In this document: piece after piece, positions 12,901 through 24,354 of the stretch
Numbering within the stretch: position 1 is the stretch's first letter
Layout: every line of letters starts with the position of its first letter
NCBI GenBank assembly: GCA_004764695.1
Contig: SMSO01000036.1
Coordinates: 1,426,001 to 1,490,000, forward strand
Reading direction: 5' to 3'
DNA length: 64,000 bases
DNA from: Schizochytrium sp. TIO01
Lineage: Eukaryota; Protista; Bigyra: Labyrinthulomycetes
Made by a program: the position numbers and the translations under genes
Notes under the pieces: model-generated
Told to the model about the DNA's origin: nothing
Databases searched by the model: none
Seen by the model: only the letters and a program-made list of their open reading frames with translations

Positions 12901-15900
12901 GGGCCATTGATGACGATGTGTTGTCATGCTTTGCAGAACTTTTTACTTGCAAAAACAATCTATCTGGAATTTCAGAGGGCGACATCTCCTCGTCATCCTC
13001 TCGTCGTCAAACTGCTCTTGATCGTCGGTGTTAAATTTGATCATGAGAAGTGAATTTTGCCTATCATGTGTTATAGTTAGTAGGTACTACTCACTTACAG
13101 AACAACAACACACTACCAATTTGTTGCAATGACAAAACCCAGGCGTCGCTCAGAATACAGTACCACGTAGATGTAGTTTCAGTTCTTCCAACTGGAAAAA
13201 TATAGTAAGCAGAATATTGAAAAGTAGCACAGTTAAGCCTTTGAAAGTAACTCTTACCAATAAGCTGAGTTGCGTCAACAAGTGCTACATGAGGAGTGCA
13301 ATCATTTTATGACGGTTTTTGTTTTTTTGTCTTGGTTTAGCTTGCAAAATTGAAGCAAGATCATACTCCCACTCACGAGCATCTATGAAAGCTGTCTCTT
13401 TCTCATATAATCCGGCACTGAGATAAATTTTGTGCGCTTTGAAGTTTCTATGGATATCAAGAAGAAATTATATGTGCTACAATACTGACTATAGATTTAC
13501 ACCCTATTATAGCTTCTGGGTAATGTGGTTTCGTGCTACATGTGCCAAGGCTTCCTAGTTTACTTTTGCGTACCAGAATTTACATGATAAATTAAGTTAT
13601 AGTGACACCCCAGATGCAAATTGCCGATAAGTCCTAAAATAGCAAGATGCCTAGACGCTACCTGTGATAGTCTTGTATTATTTTTTAATTTCTTTCATAG
13701 AGGTCATAAAACGCAGTCTTCTTTCTTAGTTGCCAAGAGCTAGTGTGATCGCCATAGATTTTATTTTACTCGTTTTCAAACTTTTATTGATTTATTTCAC
13801 AAATATGTAGGCTCCAGTACCATGCAACAATGTTCTGACAGTGGACCAAAGGACGACGAGGATATTTTTGTTGTGTGTGTATGGGTGTATTAGACCCCAA
13901 AGTGAGTTTTCTTAAATAACTACATGATTCTGGTCAGCTTAAGATTGACTGTAAAGATGAAGGCAAAGGTCTTGATGAAGGCTTTAAGGAGGTTGATTTA
14001 AGAGTTAGCGAACTGCTGTCCCGGAGAATGAATTCCAGGACAGATGGATTCATGTAGTAATTAAGGAGGTTAAGGCATTCTTGAATGGTGTTAGAGATAA
14101 TCGATGGGGTTAGGTTAATTCAACCTCTTCAACCATCGATTCAAGTTACATCATACTTGGATGTACGTAATATGTAGTCACACTTTTAAGTCTTCTGTTT
14201 TAATCCTTATGTCAGTGAGGGTTTTACAAAGGGACATCAAAAACTCTAGCAGTGTCTTGTCCACTAGTTCCTTCGAATGGAGATCTCGGCAACAACTATG
14301 TGGCTCAAATAGTTGTTAAAATTTGATACAACTCAACATTGAAATAGATTTACTTCAAGATGTTCTTTACAAATTGATTTCAATATCTCTATTTCTGAAA
14401 ATTGTGTTTCGAGTTTCTGAAATGCAAGGAGATTTACTCAATTTTAATCGACCTTGATCTGCTAATGATAAAATCTGTCCATTTATTTGATGAACCATAC
14501 AAAATTAGATTTAAAGGATATTATACAAGTAAATTTGGACTCTTAATCTCTATTTTAAAATGGAAATTTCTCACGACGGCATATGCAGAAGTACCTAGCA
14601 TCCGAATTAGTAGAAACCATCTTAACACTAATATATACACTTGGGCTTGCAGTCGAAGAGCCATACAAACGTGTCTTCTGGATTAGTCTTTGATGTAACT
14701 ATATGATTCTATCCATGTATCACGTATGACTGTGAGCATGAATTTACACTGTGACTTTGATATTACTAACTCGACAAGGTGACAAGTTGCGTTGTTCATT
14801 GTTTCAACATTTATAACTGTTATTTGAATTGTTTGAAAAGGGCAGTATACTGTCAGAAACTGGACTTTTATTTTTTCGTTACGTCAAGACCTTAGTCAGT
14901 GTCGTATCCATAATATTAAATATAAACGCTTCAATCAAGTTCAATAATGAAAGAATTCTTAGATGAGCATCTCTTCCTGTCAGCTTAGGCACAGTTATTT
15001 AAGAGGAAAGGGGGGGGGGGCATACTCTGCTCATGACGAAAGGTTTAACAAAAAATATTCTCGTGGCAAAATTTTGCTTTGCAAAATCATATGAATAACT
15101 CTTTGAGTTTTAGTTTTAGTGTCTATCTTATGCTTACTAATTACAACTATATCACGAAATGATAAGTCTTACCCACCACACTACCTGTAGAAGAGTACTG
15201 TTTATATGAGTTTCCTCGATTTAATTAAAACAGTATCTACCGCCGAGCAGAGACAGAGAAAGCAGCGCGTGATCGTGCATCCTATCAAAAATATAATTTG
15301 CTATCACTCAATTTGAATTCGACACAGAAGTTGAAATGGTCAGTCGTGGGCGAATGTGGACGAGAAGTTGTCAGAGTCCTTGGGAAACCAATTCAAATCT
15401 TCAACAACAATATGGCAAGGAGGAAGGACCAAGGAAATATTCGGAAAGTGAAGCGGCTTAGAATCACAAGTTTGCATACCACATAGCCATTGGACTGTGT
15501 GTGGACAATCAAATCCAATATTAATAGTTTAGAAGGCAATATTCAGCAAACCTCCTCAATCTTCGCTAATCAAAGCACGTATAATTTGATGTCTTCAAGA
15601 TGTTACATATATGAGTTCATCTAATGACTCAATTCCATGGTTAGCATAAAGGCTCTAGATAGTCCTGTTTCAGCCTTCAAGTAGTTCGCCAGTCAACCAC
15701 TACCTCCTTGAAACACATGTCAAGAACAGCGACCTAGGCGAGTTGGATAACTTACATCCCGCCTATTAATTAAGAAGAGTAACTAGGTACGGTCAGGTTC
15801 GAGATAAGGATATGTGAACCTGTCTCTGCACCTGGACAAAAAACTAAAGGATAGCTATATGATAAGAGAAGGTTCCTCAAATGAAGAAACATAAAGCTGA

Positions 15901-16221
15901 TATAGTTAGTTTGACTTTGTAGAGGCAATCACAAGTTCGAAGCTTAGATATCATGCTCAAGGATATTATACTTGCATTTTGTTATATTCACATTCTTGAA
16001 TGCATCATTGGAGATCCATGTAGAGCTGAACATGAAGCAGAGACCCTGAAGCAAGCAGAGTATCATGGAGTTCTTCTGCGTTCTCTATATTTGTAGTGCG
16101 CACATACTACCCCTAAATTTCTCTGCCGTGCGTCTTTCATTCAAAAATGCTGTGCTATACTTTTCTGGCTACCTTACTTCCTTTTGATTCTAAATTAGAG
16201 AATCCGGAACAAGATTGAGGT

Positions 16222-17880
16222 TTGTCCAATTCCCTGAGTCTTTGGAACCGACGCGTTCCCTTCTATACCTTGCCTTTCTGTGTTGGTTTTCGTATTCTGC
16301 ATGCTACTAGACATGTTCAAGGTGACACACCACTCGAGAGAGCTTTGCCCGTTGCCAAGGTAATGGATTCACGATTGGTTGTATCTACGCAGACCTCCTT
16401 TGAGAATATCCATGAGGTTTACATCGGCCTCGGAGATGATGGCGTTGGGTTTGGGTCTAACCATTGGTTCCGGGATGCTCTTGGCTTTTAGGATTGAGGC
16501 TGTGGTTGGCAAAACGGCCTCATCCTCTCAGAAATCTCGTTTCTGCCTCTGGGAGGGCGAGTGATCTACTCAGAGTACTGCTGCCCTACATGACATTACT
16601 AGTGATTATACTCTATGAAGCACTGAGCTTCGCAAGCCGCGAAGAAATCATCAAGGTTTGGACGCAGTTCGCGCAAGGCCCCACGCGCACCATCCTCTCT
16701 CGTATGTATAGTTTGAAGGACTTCTTTTTCCAGGAACAGCCACTGGTCCAGGTCAATGTATATCTAGTTGGGAAGGACAGGTCCACAAAGGTGGAGAAAA
16801 ATATGATCCAAATGATCATTTATGCATTCTTCTTGACCAATATTTATTGTTCGGCATACGCAGGTCTTGAGGCGAGCAAGGCGTTTGTGGGTAATCGTGT
16901 GTTTTATTACCGAGACGGTAAACATCCTTTCCGCATCAGGCCCCGCATTTGCCACGCTACTACTAGGGCTCATACTAAACCCTGGCTTTCCCCCCTGATG
17001 ACCATTTTGATTATACCGTTAATTTTAGCTTAGGTTTCCACTTGTCCTATAATATTGTGGACTACCGTGGGATTACTCAAGAAAATATTGTGTGTATATA
17101 TGGCTAGTTATTGAGTGAGTAGCTTCAATCCTTCGCAGTGGCTAATACCTTCACAAAGGAGATCGAAGGCATTCTCCATGCAATCTGACTCCCGAGATCA
17201 TCAGCGCTTTTCGTTATCTTTTCAATGAGTTAGAAGTGCACAAAAGCATGTTGACTCTTACCAGGGAGAGCAAGTCTTTCGATCAAACCATGCTTCTCAC
17301 GATCTTCTCCATAGATGTCATTGGTTTTCATTTGCGTAGCCACCAAACAAGAGCGGAGGAGCTTCATGGTATAGGCTGGGTAGTGATGTTTCTAATCAAT
17401 GGCATTTTTTAGCGAGTTCAATGATTTCTTGCTACTCTTTATAGTCAGGGTCCAGGACAGCGAGAGACCCGACCTTCTCGCACACCCTCGCGGCGATCTC
17501 GATGACTTGTTCCTTATCATTCATGTTGAGTTTCCAGGCCGATTTATAATCCTTTATGAACTAAAGACAAAATTAGATAGCTTGAGAGGGTTGTTAGAAT
17601 CATAACATTATTGGAAACTCCAGAAGTCGCTATTAGTGTGATGGAGCTTTACTTCGATGACAAAGAAATTAAAGTCAATACGGACTGGGAGGATGTTTTT
17701 TTCCAAGATGGCAAACCCACGCCCGTGATGATCCTCAAGGGAGATTTCGGCATCTTAAGGGAAGAGATAGAGGTTCTTCATGGAGAAATAAGAAGCATTG
17801 ACTTCCAAATTAGCAGCTTAAAACGGAAATTAGAGTCATCAAGATATACACTTGACTCTATGCTACGTTGGTTAACCTAA
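16222..17880 (+). pseudogene. Decayed, multiply frameshifted coding region of unknown family
   Basis: Chain of adjacent plus-strand protein-like fragments (16222-16491, 16464-17033, 17399-17605, 17611-17880), the last ending in a coiled-coil-like LREEIEVLHGEIRSIDFQISSLKRKLE; intervening frames have few stops. Confidence 0.35.
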
Positions 17881-18982
17881 CCGTCGAACGGAAGCTTCAA
17901 CGGTTAGACATTAGCTAACCTTCCTAGGTATTATTGTTATTGTTCTAACAATTCATCTCATGTCGACGTTGGCGTGTAAAAAGCAGTGTAAACTTGCTCA
18001 TGTACAGATGAATGAACCTGGTCACTCCCGACTATGCACGGTTTCACTCGCCAGCTCTTCAGCACACTCACTCGCCAAAGACCCATTCCTATCAGCGCTT
18101 TCCGTGAGCAGAAACTCAACTAAGTGCATTTCAGCAACCGTTGATTTTCTAGAGGGTTGTACTCTGGCCACCTACAATCTGCGACTTGGCTTTTGTTTGT
18201 GCTTGGCCGAACTGTACAATCGTAGGCAGGAAGCCTGGTCTCGAAATGCACGGCATTGTCAACTCCAAAGTCTCGGGAGGCGGGTGGCCTGATGTCTGCT
18301 CTTTCCCATTTGCTAGAACCTCGGTCAATCTAATTGCCTCTGCGGGCGTTTGGCTTCAAGGCCCTCTCGTTGTCAAAACCCCTCTAGCTGCTCTCGCTAT
18401 GCCAGGGACTCTTGCCGGCACAAGAGGGGCTTGCATGCATGGCCTACGGTAGCGAGAGCTGACTGACCAGCTGCGCTTCAGAGCTCCAGTTGACCCTTCG
18501 ATCTGCTGCTGCAGAACTATCGTTCCCGCAATCGGCCCCTTTGGTCATTCACTTGCTCGAGTCCGAGCGGGAGAGACATCCTTTCTTGACGACGACGACG
18601 CCAGCCTTCCTTCCATTCCAATTCACTACAGGCTTTGGCGTCAAGGGCCTCGTCCAATCGGCGCTCCATCTCGAGGCGTTCACGCCACGCATCGCAGGCG
18701 AGGAACAGCGTGCTGATGGGTACTTCTTCTTCGACCGTCTGTTTCTTTGTTTGCTTCTCCGTTCGTCCGTTTCTTGGGGAGAACTCTTTGAAAGCACAGC
18801 CGTGTTCGTCTCCATCTCCATCTCCATCTCCATCTCCGTTCAACCTGAGGGTCCCACGAGGGAGCTCGATTTCAGATCCTCCAAGCCGTTCTCCAAGTTT
18901 GGCCACAGCGCCGCGTTTGATTCCCCTTCGCCTGCAACGCCGCTGGAGTGAGACGAGACGGCATGGACTGTATTGCCTTACA

Positions 18983-19162
18983 TTGCATTGCATTGCAACG
19001 CCACGCCATGAAGTGAATTGCAACGCCACGCCATGAAGTGAATTGCAACGCCACGCCATGAAGTGAATTGCAACGCCACGCCATGAAATGAAATGCAACT
19101 CCACGCAATGAATTGCAACGAAATGCAATGCAACGAAATGCAATGCAATGCAATGCAATGCA
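18983..19162. repeat. 25-bp minisatellite (TTGCAACGCCACGCCATGAAGTGAA x~4) grading into (GCAAT)n
   Basis: Units start at 18993, 19018, 19043 and 19068; flanked by CATTG/GCAAT pentamers. Confidence 0.92.
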
Positions 19163-19909
19163 GTGGAATCGAGTTCAACATAACGCAGAGCAGTGGAGTG
19201 GAGTTCTTCCGGCGTCGAGCCACGCCATCATTCCCAACCGCTCCCAAGGTCATGCCTCCAAATCCGCACTCGCTCCTTCCGCGATGAAGTCGGCAAGGAA
19301 TGCGCGATGTGACGTCTGGCGGCTGAGCGAGCGAGCTGGTTTCAACAAGCGTCTCGCACACCAACATTATTTCCTCCACTTCTCTCGAGTTCCTCGCGTG
19401 GCCTCAGGCCTCCCTCCTCTCGAAAGGCCTTCGGGCGCAAGGCCTCGAGGTCCTTCTCTGAGTCCACGTGGTGCTCCATCATCGCCTTGCTCAGCCTCCC
19501 GCGGGTTCCCCATGCCGCTCCCACAGATTATAGGTGTGCACCTCCACCCACCACGGTCTCACCGTGTCTGGGTACCACTCTGCTCGCGCGGTTTGGATAC
19601 AGGTTTAATATGGAGCTCTCTCGGGGGTACCGCGGTACCAAGCTAGCTGCAGTAGTAGTCTCGCCCGTGGGAATTATCGTGGAGGCCTCGTGGAGGCAGG
19701 GAACGGGCCTCAGGCGTGGCAGGAGCGGCCCACGAGGCTGGAGAAGAGGGCAGAAGAGGAGCGAAGAGGAGCGACGAGGAGGCGCGGAGGACACGCAGAG
19801 TCGAGGTTAGTTAAGGGAGTGAGCGAGAGCTGCGAACGGCGAGAAGAGCTGCGTGAGAAGAAGCGCAGAAAAACACGCAGAAGCCCCATGGAACCGTGCT
19901 GCACTACCG

Positions 19910-20587
19910 CTTACATACCCACAGCTGTGCATGAGGTAGAAGTACTGTGTAGGCAGCTAGCTACCTCTTCTTCTGCTGTTCTTCAGCGGGACACCTTTTC
20001 TCTGTGGGGCAGAATGCGGTAGCTGCGGGGCCTCCAGCGAGACAGGTCTGAGGGGTAACTTTCAGCTGAGGGTGGGGATGACGGCGTTCTCGAGGTAGGC
20101 CTTCTGTGTTTCGCGATGCGAGCACTGCGTTGCGGGGGCGTCGGAGGAGGTCAGGGCTGCGGGCAGTGGAGATTGTTAGGAGGCTGCGGGCGAGCTGCGG
20201 GGCAGCAGAGGCGCAGGCGGGGCGCGGTTCCTGCGAAAAGCGCGAAGAACAGCGGCGTTCGAAGGCGCATCAAAGCGTGGCAGCGACGTGGAGAGAGGCC
20301 CAGAGAGAGAGAGCCTTGGGCGGAGGGGCCTGCGCCGCAGAGACACCGGCGCCGCTCGCATTTGAGGCCCTCCGCCACAGCCATAGAGGCGGCTTTTTGG
20401 CTGCCTGAGCGGCGGAGGACCCTGAAGGGGGAAAAAAAAGGGAAAAAAGAGGGAAAAAAGAACTGAGAAAGGAAGAGGAAAAGAAAGAGGAAAGAAAGGA
20501 TGAAGAAAGAACGGCGCAGGAAAGAACGGTGCGTGGAAAGAACGCGGAAGGCACAAGCAGAAAGAAAGAGAGAAAGAAAGACTTTGA

Positions 20588-20671
<84 letters not shown>

Positions 20672-21100
20672 GAAAGAGAGAAAGAGGAAAGCAGAGGCAG
20701 AACGCAGAAGAGGCCACGAGGACTCGCAGGAGCCACGCCGCGAAGGAGGGCTCGCGCGGAGACTCTGTCTGGGCGGGAGGGAGGACGGCAGGCAGGCAGG
20801 CAGGCAGGCAGGACTGGCGTGGCAGCGGGAAAGGAAGCCTGGGCCTGCTGGGCGCCGGCACTGTACAGATCGAGCGAGATCCAGCGATTCTGGGGAATTC
20901 AGACTGGGAACATTTTGAAAGTTTCGCCCGCATTATTGCGCAGAGACTGCACGCGAGACTGCCCGTGGAGAGGCGGCCACCAGCTTGCAAACGGAGGACA
21001 GGCGAGGAGAACGGAGAAGGACTGCCAGCCAGAAAGGCTGCGAAGAAAGCACTCGCCGAAACCCGCCCTGCCTCAGCGTGAGTTTGGTCGTCCGTCTGAA
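19910..21100 (+). mobile_element. Possible fossil LINE RT directly upstream of the F-box gene
   Basis: PTAVHEVEVLCRQL (~19918), RPSVF (~20097), IVRRLR..EAQAG (~20172-20222), LAFEALRH (~20355-20378), EGSRGDSV (~20746) in RT domain order; very degenerate. Confidence 0.4.
20587..20670. repeat. (GAAA)n microsatellite within a purine-rich tract (20428-20690)
   Basis: Seen directly. Confidence 0.97.
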
Positions 21101-21200
21101 CGTCTCGAGCAAGTGAGCTTGGCTGCTTGACGATTCCATCGCTATTACATCCAAGGGGACCACGACGCTCAAAGAGCTCTTCGACTGGAAAGCTTCGACC

Positions 21201-23861
21201 ATGGCCGGCATGGTGCCGCATGCCGGCTGTTGCGGAGGGTGGCAGCGGCGAAGGAGGCCCCGGGAAGAGGAAGAGAATAGTGGCAGACCGGAACGTGCCA
21301 GATTTCCGCAGAACGGCAGTACTGATGCGTCCTTAGCAGACCTTGGGAACAACAACACCGACGACACCGCCAAGAGGGCAGCGGCAGCCGTTAGCGACGC
21401 TCAGCACCGCGCTGTGATGATGCTTCACGAAGAACGTAAACACGCTGATAGCGCTCACGCATCCCGCAGACGTCCCGAAGACCGCTGGGAAAGTGACGAT
21501 GGTGGCAACGCCTTATCCAGCGTCCGCGGCAGGGCGAGCTCTGGCGAGGAGCACCTCCCCAAGACGCTGGACAACGCACCGATCGAAGGGGGCTGCGCCG
21601 ACACAGGTGTAACTCAGAACAGCGGTCTTCACACGTCGGACCTGTCTGCAAACGACCACAGATGCAGTGGAAAGGGCCCACGAGACGGCAGCAGAATTGA
21701 CAGAAACGTGGGAGACGAAGAGGACCAAGGAACTATTAAGGAACGAATGTGGAACCCATCGCACTACAGCAGCGAGAGCGGCAGTGACACGTGGGCAAGT
21801 AGCGCCTCCGGGGCGGCATTATCCGCTTCGTTTGGGTCTGCTGAGGCCAAGGAATGCTCAGCAGATGAAGATGAAGAAGAATATGGTGATGACACTGAGA
21901 GGTTGAAAAAAACATCAACCGCATCTAAAACTGTTGTTGTGAGGCTAGCCAATTCTGCTGCATCGCTTGCCTCAAAATCGGATGTAAAAAAGAAGTCCAG
22001 GAAAGCATCGAACACCCTTAAGACAAATCGTCGAGCTTGCACGCCATTTGACTTTGAGCAGATTCAACCTGGTGAGGGCACCTTGTTCATCCCCGCAGTC
22101 GCTCATACAGGCTATTCACCATGCAATAGCAGTTTTACGGACACCCCCTTCGACTGGGATGCAACAGGTTCTTCCCATGGGATAGATGCAGAGCCCCCCT
22201 CTTCGCCCATGGCCATTAGCGGAAACTCACAAGGAGGCCCGCCCCCTTTACTGCGCTCGATGTCTTCAGCGTCCATGTCGTCTCCCAACCGCAGTGTCTT
22301 CTCGGGCCTAGGCTCCTTCTCGATCGATGACGATGACGAAGAAGATGATGCAGCTCTAAGAGGACGAAGCGGCAGTGGTAGTCATTGCAGTAGCAGCAGC
22401 AGCAACAGTAGCTTGGAGGGCTCAAATTTGAGCCACTCTTATATTAGTTTAGAACATGCTATATCTAAACTCGGAGCCCTTCGTGTGGCGCCCAGTAGTA
22501 TCGATGATGACGACCATTTCTCCTTTGCTCGTGCTATCGGGGAAGGTGATGATGACGAAAAGGATGATACCTTTGTAGATACACATCTTGGACTTATGTC
22601 ACCTTCTTCTTTGCGAGGTACTGTAGACTTGCGGCGGGGTGCTGCAAGAGCTGCTTTGGTCCCCAAATCCAGATTTGGTCATATACAGAAAAACGATATC
22701 GAGCTTATTTGGCGGCTAGTTTCTCAATTCCTCACAGTTCGTGACACAGCCGCACTCGGTTCGCTCAACAAGCGCTGGCGCACCTTTGTACATTGCTGGC
22801 CTTTACGGCTTGACACATTATGGCCACCACGCCCTGCATGTGACATTGTACGCGATATGAAAAACAAGCACCGTAGGGTTTCTGGCGTTCGCCTCTCTTG
22901 CGGCTTGGGTTCTGAACTCTTTCGCGTCGTAGAGCCCTCTCATTTGGTCTTTCTCCATGTATCAGGCCTGGGCCTCGAGAAATCATCAATAAGCTCTTCG
23001 AAGAGCCTAGATCTGCGACCCTTCACCTGCTTACAAGAGCTCAGACTCGATGATTTACCTCAAGTGACTTCTCTTCAGTTTCTTGAGCCTTGTGCTAGAA
23101 GCCTTCGTGCACTTCGTTTGCGTCGGTGCACGTATCTCCGTGATATTTCAGCCTTTGAATCAATGGTATTTCCAAAGCTCACAAGCCTCGAAATCCGAGA
23201 TTGTAGGTTAGTAGAACACGTCAGTAGCATCTCAAAACTTTCTGAATTGAAAAATCTGGCGCTGAGCGGACTAGACCGCGTCAGTGATATTGCCCAGGAA
23301 ATTACTGGGTGTGCAGGTCTCTTGCACCTATCAATTTCAAGATGCTCTGAAGTCAGAAGTTTAGACGGCCTGAAAACAATGTCTATGCTAATCGATCTCG
23401 AGCTGACCCATCTTCCATCTTTGCGGAGGGTCCCTGACGAACTAGCATCGTGGTGCCCTCGTATCCGCTCGCTGAATTTAACGTCATGCCCAGGTGTCCA
23501 GCTTCTCCCATCTCTTGCATCACTTTCGCGTCTTGAAACATTGAATGTAAGCAACACGCGCATCTTAGATCTTGAGTTCATCAGAAACTCTCTCAGCGTA
23601 AGACGTATTGACGCAGCCTTCTGTTTTCGCCTTGTTTCGATCGGAGCTCTCGCTACTGCCGTGGAGATTCGTTCTGTGTCTTTACGTTTTTGTCATGCTC
23701 TACGGGACATCTCAGCGCTGGTCAATTGTAAGAATCTCCGATGGATCGATTTAACTGAAACAAAAGCCCCGCGGGAACCTGTTGCCAACGTTGTCACCGT
23801 CATTACAGATAAGTCCGCCGGTCTATTTGCAAGCCGCCCCCAGTTACCTTTAGACCTTTGA
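21201..23861 (+). CDS. F-box/leucine-rich repeat protein with long disordered N-terminus
   Basis: 886-aa ORF; F-box-like IWRLVSQFLTVRDTAALGSLNKRWR followed by many LxxLxLxxC repeats; start codon uncertain. Confidence 0.85.
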   Translation: MAGMVPHAGCCGGWQRRRRPREEEENSGRPERARFPQNGSTDASLADLGNNNTDDTAKRAAAAVSDAQHRAVMMLHEERKHADSAHASRRRPEDRWESDDGGNALSSVRGRASSGEEHLPKTLDNAPIEGGCADTGVTQNSGLHTSDLSANDHRCSGKGPRDGSRIDRNVGDEEDQGTIKERMWNPSHYSSESGSDTWASSASGAALSASFGSAEAKECSADEDEEEYGDDTERLKKTSTASKTVVVRLANSAASLASKSDVKKKSRKASNTLKTNRRACTPFDFEQIQPGEGTLFIPAVAHTGYSPCNSSFTDTPFDWDATGSSHGIDAEPPSSPMAISGNSQGGPPPLLRSMSSASMSSPNRSVFSGLGSFSIDDDDEEDDAALRGRSGSGSHCSSSSSNSSLEGSNLSHSYISLEHAISKLGALRVAPSSIDDDDHFSFARAIGEGDDDEKDDTFVDTHLGLMSPSSLRGTVDLRRGAARAALVPKSRFGHIQKNDIELIWRLVSQFLTVRDTAALGSLNKRWRTFVHCWPLRLDTLWPPRPACDIVRDMKNKHRRVSGVRLSCGLGSELFRVVEPSHLVFLHVSGLGLEKSSISSSKSLDLRPFTCLQELRLDDLPQVTSLQFLEPCARSLRALRLRRCTYLRDISAFESMVFPKLTSLEIRDCRLVEHVSSISKLSELKNLALSGLDRVSDIAQEITGCAGLLHLSISRCSEVRSLDGLKTMSMLIDLELTHLPSLRRVPDELASWCPRIRSLNLTSCPGVQLLPSLASLSRLETLNVSNTRILDLEFIRNSLSVRRIDAAFCFRLVSIGALATAVEIRSVSLRFCHALRDISALVNCKNLRWIDLTETKAPREPVANVVTVITDKSAGLFASRPQLPLDL

Positions 23862-24354
23862 TACCATATTATAGTCCATGAAGACTATCTCATAGAATAT
23901 GCCTAGACATTTACCTTTTTTTCTTTTTAATATAATACCCCAAAAAGAATGTAACATTACACTTTAACAAGCAATATTTAGAGCTGTTCTTGACATTTTT
24001 GATGATTAGCATTCCTTCGGCTCGTTACGTCAGCCTTAAATTGAATATAACTTTTAACAATGCCGACTCATCTCTCTCCTGAAGGTGGTTCTTGGATATT
24101 GCTTCACTGGATGATAGCATACAAACAGGAGTTACTACAAACAAACAAACGATAACAATGCTAGGTCTATCACTATAATGGTTTCATTAATTTAAAAAAT
24201 AAAATAACTAGCTCAGCCATGGAAGAAAGGAAAGTTCAATCTGAGCCTTGCTTAGCTGCGAGAACACAGGTCCACTTTCATGGTGACTCTGCCTATTTCA
24301 AACATGGGAGTTCATCTATACACAACATCTCAGCGTCAAAGCGAGAAAGATGTT

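Noticed and set aside
18517-19794. Possible minus-strand gene spanning the 25-bp minisatellite
   Set aside because: Frames contain stops and shifts, with no recognisable motif or convincing splice sites
20151-21221. 356-aa minus ORF and overlapping 193-aa KERK ORF
   Set aside because: Held open by (GAAA)n and GC-rich fossil sequence; no domain
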